A stretch of DNA of 64,000 bases, from NCBI GenBank assembly GCA_963709585.1, contig CAVPXI010000004.1, positions 32,001 through 96,000 of the forward strand, written 5' to 3'. The position numbers and the translations under genes are program-made. The notes under the pieces were generated by a model. The model was not told where the DNA came from, did no database searches, and saw only the letters and a program-made list of their open reading frames with translations. Of this stretch, positions 63,691 to 64,000 are shown piece after piece. How positions within the stretch are numbered: position 1 is the first letter of the stretch; every line of letters starts with the position of its first letter. Origin of the DNA: Candidatus Dormiibacterota bacterium. GTDB lineage: Bacteria > Chloroflexota > Dormibacteria > Aeolococcales > Aeolococcaceae.

Positions 63691-63770
63691 CGCTCGTGTG
63701 GCCCGCGACCGCCGTCATAGGCTGCGGGCATCTCGATGACAACGCCGCGCGCCGCGCGTGATGGGAGACG

Positions 63771-64000
63771 ATGACCGATCACACCCCCGAGAACGGCGGA
63801 ACTCCGCCGCCGTTCAAGAAGGTCGAGGACCAAGCGCACTTCGAACGCGCCCCGGCGCCGCGCGAACCGACGCGGGACACCGGCGATCCCAACCTGGCCT
63901 TCGAGGCCGCCCCGCGCATGGCGCTCCCGCCGGCCACCACCGCCGACCCTCGGGCGCTGAGCACGCCGCCGCCCGCGCCGCCGGGACCCGTGGCTCCGTT
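63771..64000 (+). CDS. Hypothetical Pro-rich protein (partial, runs off window end)
   Basis: GGGAG RBS and ATG 63771 (MTDHTPENGG...), open to the end of the window. Confidence 0.5.
   Translation, partial: MTDHTPENGGTPPPFKKVEDQAHFERAPAPREPTRDTGDPNLAFEAAPRMALPPATTADPRALSTPPPAPPGPVAP

Overview
High-GC bacterial chromosomal window, probably Terrabacteria. The Gram-positive-type LexA box, hopanoid genes and lipoproteins are compatible with a Dormibacterota/Chloroflexota/Actinomycetota-like organism, but this is inference only. From left to right: (1) a minus-strand hopanoid operon (polyprenyl synthase, idi-2, hpnC, hpnD, hpnE, shc) downstream of a soluble PhoR-like kinase; (2) a divergent PhoB-like regulator followed directly by thiO-thiS-thiG-thiE and pstSCAB-pstB-phoU; (3) surface, membrane and regulatory accessory genes; (4) a ~7.9 kb integrative element in tRNA-Ser(UGA), bounded by a 65-bp att duplication and carrying an integrase, an excisionase, an IS256 copy and an ECF sigma/anti-sigma pair, with what looks like a degenerate internal att site; (5) tRNA-Ser(GCU) followed by accessory genes; (6) aromatic catabolism genes (aminotransferase, hmgA, FAH, DinB-like, PaaZ-like ALDH); (7) a LexA-boxed imuA-imuB-DUF6504-dnaE2 mutasome cassette containing a candidate antisense structured RNA. 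At least eight otherwise intact genes carry single-base frameshifts, which most likely reflects long-read assembly indels rather than true pseudogenes. All calls come from reading the sequence and translations by eye; no database searches were run.
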